Positions 60,673 through 64,000 of a DNA stretch of 64,000 nucleotides are shown in pieces. The first letter of the stretch is position 1; the number at the start of each line of letters is the position of its first letter. The DNA lies in contig CAVYIM010000004.1 in the NCBI GenBank assembly GCA_963768655.1, positions 448,001 through 512,000 on the forward strand. Direction: 5' to 3'. The position numbers and the translations under genes are program-made. The notes below the pieces were generated by a model. It was not told the origin of the DNA, made no database searches, and was given only the letters and a program-made list of their open reading frames with translations. Origin of the DNA: an uncultured Chloroflexia bacterium (lineage in GTDB: Bacteria > Chloroflexota > Limnocylindria > Limnocylindrales > CSP1-4).

Positions 60673-61482
60673 TCAGCGGGCGGGCGTCGCGCGCTCGGTT
60701 CGGGTGTCGAGCGCAGCCGCGACGAAATCGCCCCAGATCCCGTCGAGCTCCCCCGGCGTCGATTCGGTTCGCTCGGGATGGCACTGCAGGCCGGCGATCC
60801 ACCGGCCCCCGCGGCTTTCCAGCCCCTCGACCAGGCGCCCGGCCTCGCTGTATGCCCAGGCGCTCGGCCGAAGAGCCGGCGCCAGCTCGTCCAGGCAGAT
60901 GGCCTGGTGGTGGAAGGTGTTGACCTGAAGCTGCAGGGCGGCGTCCTCGGGATCCTCCGCGGCCAGACCGTCGGGGGAAGCGCCCGCCACCGCGCGACCC
61001 AGTCGGCTGCCCGGTTCGATCTCCAGGTCGTGAGTGTGGGCCGGCCCCTGCCCGTACGGCGTTCCGGCGTGGTCGGGCACGTCCTGGACCAGCTTTCCGC
61101 CGCAGAAGACGTTGATGGCCTGGAAGCCGCGACAGATGCCGAACACGGGCAGCGAACGGCGTTCGGCTGCGCGCCAGGCGGCCAATTCGAGGTCGTCGCG
61201 GGCCCGGTCGACATCACGGGCGTCGCCCGCCGTCTCCCCGTACATGGCCGGATCGATATCGGCACCGCCTGCCAGCAGCAGCCCATCCATCGCGTCGAGG
61301 AGGCGATCGCGTTCCGCGGGCGCTGTGCCCGTGTGGAGCAGCGCCGGCGTGCCGTGGTGGCGGGCTATCGCGGCCGCATAGAGCTCGTTCTTGTGAGCGG
61401 CCAGGTCCGGGTCGTCCGAGCGGCTCGGATCGGCCACGGTGATGACGATTAGGGGCGGCGCGGCTGCGGCACGATCTGGCAT
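60673..61482 (-). CDS. Gamma-glutamyl-gamma-aminobutyrate hydrolase family (peptidase C26)
   Basis: GLLLAGGADIDP, FGICRGFQ, VNTFHHQAI and LQCHPE motifs. Confidence 0.9.
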   Translation of the reverse strand: MPDRAAAAPPLIVITVADPSRSDDPDLAAHKNELYAAAIARHHGTPALLHTGTAPAERDRLLDAMDGLLLAGGADIDPAMYGETAGDARDVDRARDDLELAAWRAAERRSLPVFGICRGFQAINVFCGGKLVQDVPDHAGTPYGQGPAHTHDLEIEPGSRLGRAVAGASPDGLAAEDPEDAALQLQVNTFHHQAICLDELAPALRPSAWAYSEAGRLVEGLESRGGRWIAGLQCHPERTESTPGELDGIWGDFVAAALDTRTERATPAR

Positions 61483-61638
61483 GCCACGGAGGATACAGCG
61501 ACGGCGCCCCGCCCGGCCGCAGGCCGGGTCTGTGCCGCAGGCCGGATCTGTGCCTCGCGTGCGGCAAGTGCGTGCGGCAAGTCGGGGATGGATGGCAGGG
61601 CCGCTTGGGGGGAAAGCGGCCCTGCCACGAGCGGAGCG

Positions 61639-63711
61639 TCAGGCGGATTCGACCCGCCGGGCCTCCGTGGGTACCTGCCAGTCAGTGACCCGGCGCCGCT
61701 GGATCACGTTGACCGCGCCGGCGTCGCCCGACTTGAGCCGGAATCGTGCCACCAATTCGTCGAGCTGCTGCGCCATCTCGGAGAGTGTCGCCGCGGATGC
61801 GACGACTTCCTCCGCCTGGGCGGACATCTCCTCGGTCGCCGCGGAGACTTCCTCGGCCGAGGCCGAGTTCTCCTGGCTGATCGCGGCGATCGATTCTACC
61901 GATTGTCCGACGACGTCCGCTGCGGACGACATCAGGGCGGCGGACTGGTTGGTCTCCTCCGCGATCTGGGCGATGCCGTCCGTCGCCGAAACCACGTCAG
62001 AGCTGAGGCCGCGGATCTCGACGACGACGGCCATCATGTCGTCGAGGACCACGTTGCGGGCGTCGGCCAGCTCGCGTATCTCCGTGAGCGCGCCGGAGGC
62101 CTGTTTGGCCAGCTCGGCCCCGGCGGCCACTTCGCCGGCCCCGGCGGTCATCGCCTTGACTGCGGCCTCGGTCTCGCGCTGTACGTCGCCGATGAGATCC
62201 GCGATCTCCTTGGTGGCGCGGCTCGAGCGCTCGGCCAGCTTGCGGACCTCGTCCGCGACGACGGCGAAGCCCTTGCCCTGCTCGCCGGCCCGGGCGGCCT
62301 CGATGGCGGCGTTGAGCGCCAGCAGGTTCGTCTGCTCGGCGATGTCGTCGATCGTCTCGACGATGGCGCCGATCTGGTCGGACTTGGCCCCAAGCTGAGC
62401 TACCGCGGCCGCGGTCGAGTCGACGGTGCTCTTGATCCGGTTCATACCGCCGGCCGTCTCGTCGACGGCCTCCTGACCCGCGGCCAGCGCGCCATTCACC
62501 CGATCGTTCAGCGGCGCGATCTCGTCGGAAGCCTCGATTGCCCTGTTGACGGCCTGAGTCGTCGCGTCGAGCGCGCGGGACGCGTCCCTGACACCCATTT
62601 GAGTGCTGGCGGCACCTTCTCCCACCCGCTCGATGATCCGGGCAAGGTCCCGGCTTGCGGCGCTGGTCTGCGAGGCGGCTCGGGCCTGCTCGCCGGCCCC
62701 GCTGGCCACCTGGCTGATCGTCTGAGCGACCTGTTGCGATGCCCGGCCGGACTGCGCGGCCGCAGAGTTGAGCTGGTCCGAGGCACCGGCCATGGCCTCC
62801 GACGCGACCTTGACCTCTCTCACGGTATCGGCCAGACCGCGGCGGGCGGTCTCGTAGCTTTCCATCGTCGACCTGAGCTTGGCCAGCATCCTGTTCGTGA
62901 CCGCCGCCGTCTCGCCGACCTCGTCGCTGCCGTACTTCTCGATGGGGCTCGTGACCGCATGGGCCTCGACCGTGAGGTCGTTGTGGGCCAGGGCCGCGAG
63001 ACCGGCCTCGAGGGCGGCGGCGCAGTTGTCGGTCAATGATGTGAGCGTGGCCTGGACGGCCCTGACGCCCTTGCGGATCGAGCCGGACACGATCACGGAC
63101 AGGGCCAGCCCCAGGGCCCCGGCGATCAGGAAGATGACGATGACGATCAGCCGGCTCTGTTCGAAGGTGGCCTGGGTCTGGCCGTCGATGGCAACGGCGT
63201 CGGCATCGGCCGCAGTTTCCAGACGGTCCAGGTAGCCCACCACATCGTCGAGGATGCCGGCGGCGGCGCCGGCCTCTGCCTCTGCCGCGGCCTGGTCCGA
63301 CCCGAGCTGGGCGGTGGCAAGAGCGCTGGCAAAGGCGGCCTGGTACTTACCCTCCGCAGCCTGGAAATCGGCCAGGTCGCTGCTCTCCTGGGCGCTGTGC
63401 GGGAGCGCCGCGTACACAGCCAGGGCTGCCGCGATCTCCTGGTCATCCGCCGCGATGGTCGTGTCGACGTCCGATTCCGCCGAAGTCGCGTTCCCGACGT
63501 AGACGCTCTCGTTCAGGGCGGCCTGTTTCTCAGCCAGGTCGGTGTCGATGGTCCCCAGCGCCTTGACGGCCGTGGTGCCCCGCGAATAGGCCTGGCCGGA
63601 CTGGGCGTTGACGTTGCCGAGGCTGACGACGGCCACGACGGCCATCAGAAGCGCGGCAAGCAGAAGCGTGCCGGAGGTGGCCATGAGCTTCGTCCGAACA
63701 GAGAGTCTCAT
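61639..63711 (-). CDS. Methyl-accepting chemotaxis protein
   Basis: Two TM helices around a four-helix-bundle-like sensor, HAMP-like region, and [38 protein letters not shown]. Confidence 0.95.
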   Translation of the reverse strand: MRLSVRTKLMATSGTLLLAALLMAVVAVVSLGNVNAQSGQAYSRGTTAVKALGTIDTDLAEKQAALNESVYVGNATSAESDVDTTIAADDQEIAAALAVYAALPHSAQESSDLADFQAAEGKYQAAFASALATAQLGSDQAAAEAEAGAAAGILDDVVGYLDRLETAADADAVAIDGQTQATFEQSRLIVIVIFLIAGALGLALSVIVSGSIRKGVRAVQATLTSLTDNCAAALEAGLAALAHNDLTVEAHAVTSPIEKYGSDEVGETAAVTNRMLAKLRSTMESYETARRGLADTVREVKVASEAMAGASDQLNSAAAQSGRASQQVAQTISQVASGAGEQARAASQTSAASRDLARIIERVGEGAASTQMGVRDASRALDATTQAVNRAIEASDEIAPLNDRVNGALAAGQEAVDETAGGMNRIKSTVDSTAAAVAQLGAKSDQIGAIVETIDDIAEQTNLLALNAAIEAARAGEQGKGFAVVADEVRKLAERSSRATKEIADLIGDVQRETEAAVKAMTAGAGEVAAGAELAKQASGALTEIRELADARNVVLDDMMAVVVEIRGLSSDVVSATDGIAQIAEETNQSAALMSSAADVVGQSVESIAAISQENSASAEEVSAATEEMSAQAEEVVASAATLSEMAQQLDELVARFRLKSGDAGAVNVIQRRRVTDWQVPTEARRVESA

Positions 63712-63798
63712 CCATGCGACCCGAGATCGGCCGGGGGCGCGCTCGCACCTGTTTGTGCGCGCACGAAGGCGGACGCCGGCAGGTTCGCCTCGATTCGG

Positions 63799-63825
63799 TT
63801 ATCGGCTGGCCGCGGTCAGACTGAG
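63799..63825 (-). promoter_or_regulatory. Sigma28 (FliA/SigD)-like promoter upstream of the MCP gene
   Basis: Minus strand reads CTCAG-N14-GCCGATAA; the -10 is an exact consensus match, the -35 only partial. Confidence 0.5.
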
Positions 63826-63939
63826 TACGCGAAAGTCACTAAACCCGGGGCGATTGCGGTCCGGCGCCCGTGGCCGGGGCCCGGGGCCGGGGCCGGTGCC
63901 GAGGCCGGGGCCGGTGCCCGGGGCCGGGCGCCCCTGCCC

Positions 63940-64000
63940 TTAGTGGACCGCGGTTCCGAGCAGCGAGCCGATGCCGAAGGTGACCGCCGCCGCCAGGCCG
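63940..64000 (-). CDS. C-terminus of a probable VIT1/CCC1 family membrane protein (partial)
   Basis: Reads GLAAAVTFGIGSLLGTAVH* on the minus strand. Confidence 0.55.
   Translation of the reverse strand, partial: GLAAAVTFGIGSLLGTAVH

Overview
High-GC bacterial chromosomal segment; gene content and style suggest Chloroflexota such as Limnocylindria (inference). Left part: DUF885 protein, an alpha-glucan/glycogen cluster (large GH13, two GH57, glgP, divergent frameshifted glgA), nadB-nadC-nadA, dCMP deaminase, two tandem ABM-like paralogs, a Gfo/Idh/MocA enzyme, a 1171-aa membrane-anchored HEXXH+VWD protein, mgsA, an ECF sigma with a putative anti-sigma, and a PAS hybrid kinase. The middle (about 32.8-48 kb) is an accessory zone centred on tRNA-Gly(TCC) at 37707-37782. 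Two degenerate copies of the tRNA 3' half (39121-39167, 40870-40914) follow it, each closing an integrase-free one-gene islet. Gene relics are scattered through the window (MmyB, VOC, GGDEF, hemerythrin, nonsense-split BNR lipoprotein). Right part: PAS/GAF kinase, CruF-like protein, Zn-finger membrane protein, two GT39 glycosyltransferases, CE7 esterase, acyl-CoA ligase, C26 hydrolase, and an MCP with a sigma28-like promoter. Most notable observations: the tRNA-fragment-delimited cassettes, two +1 frameshifts in otherwise intact genes that both fall in GAATTC, and several 90-230 bp nested-hairpin or paired-palindrome intergenic elements. No CRISPR array, rRNA, integrase or transposase was recognised. 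Family assignments come from motif recognition, not database searches.
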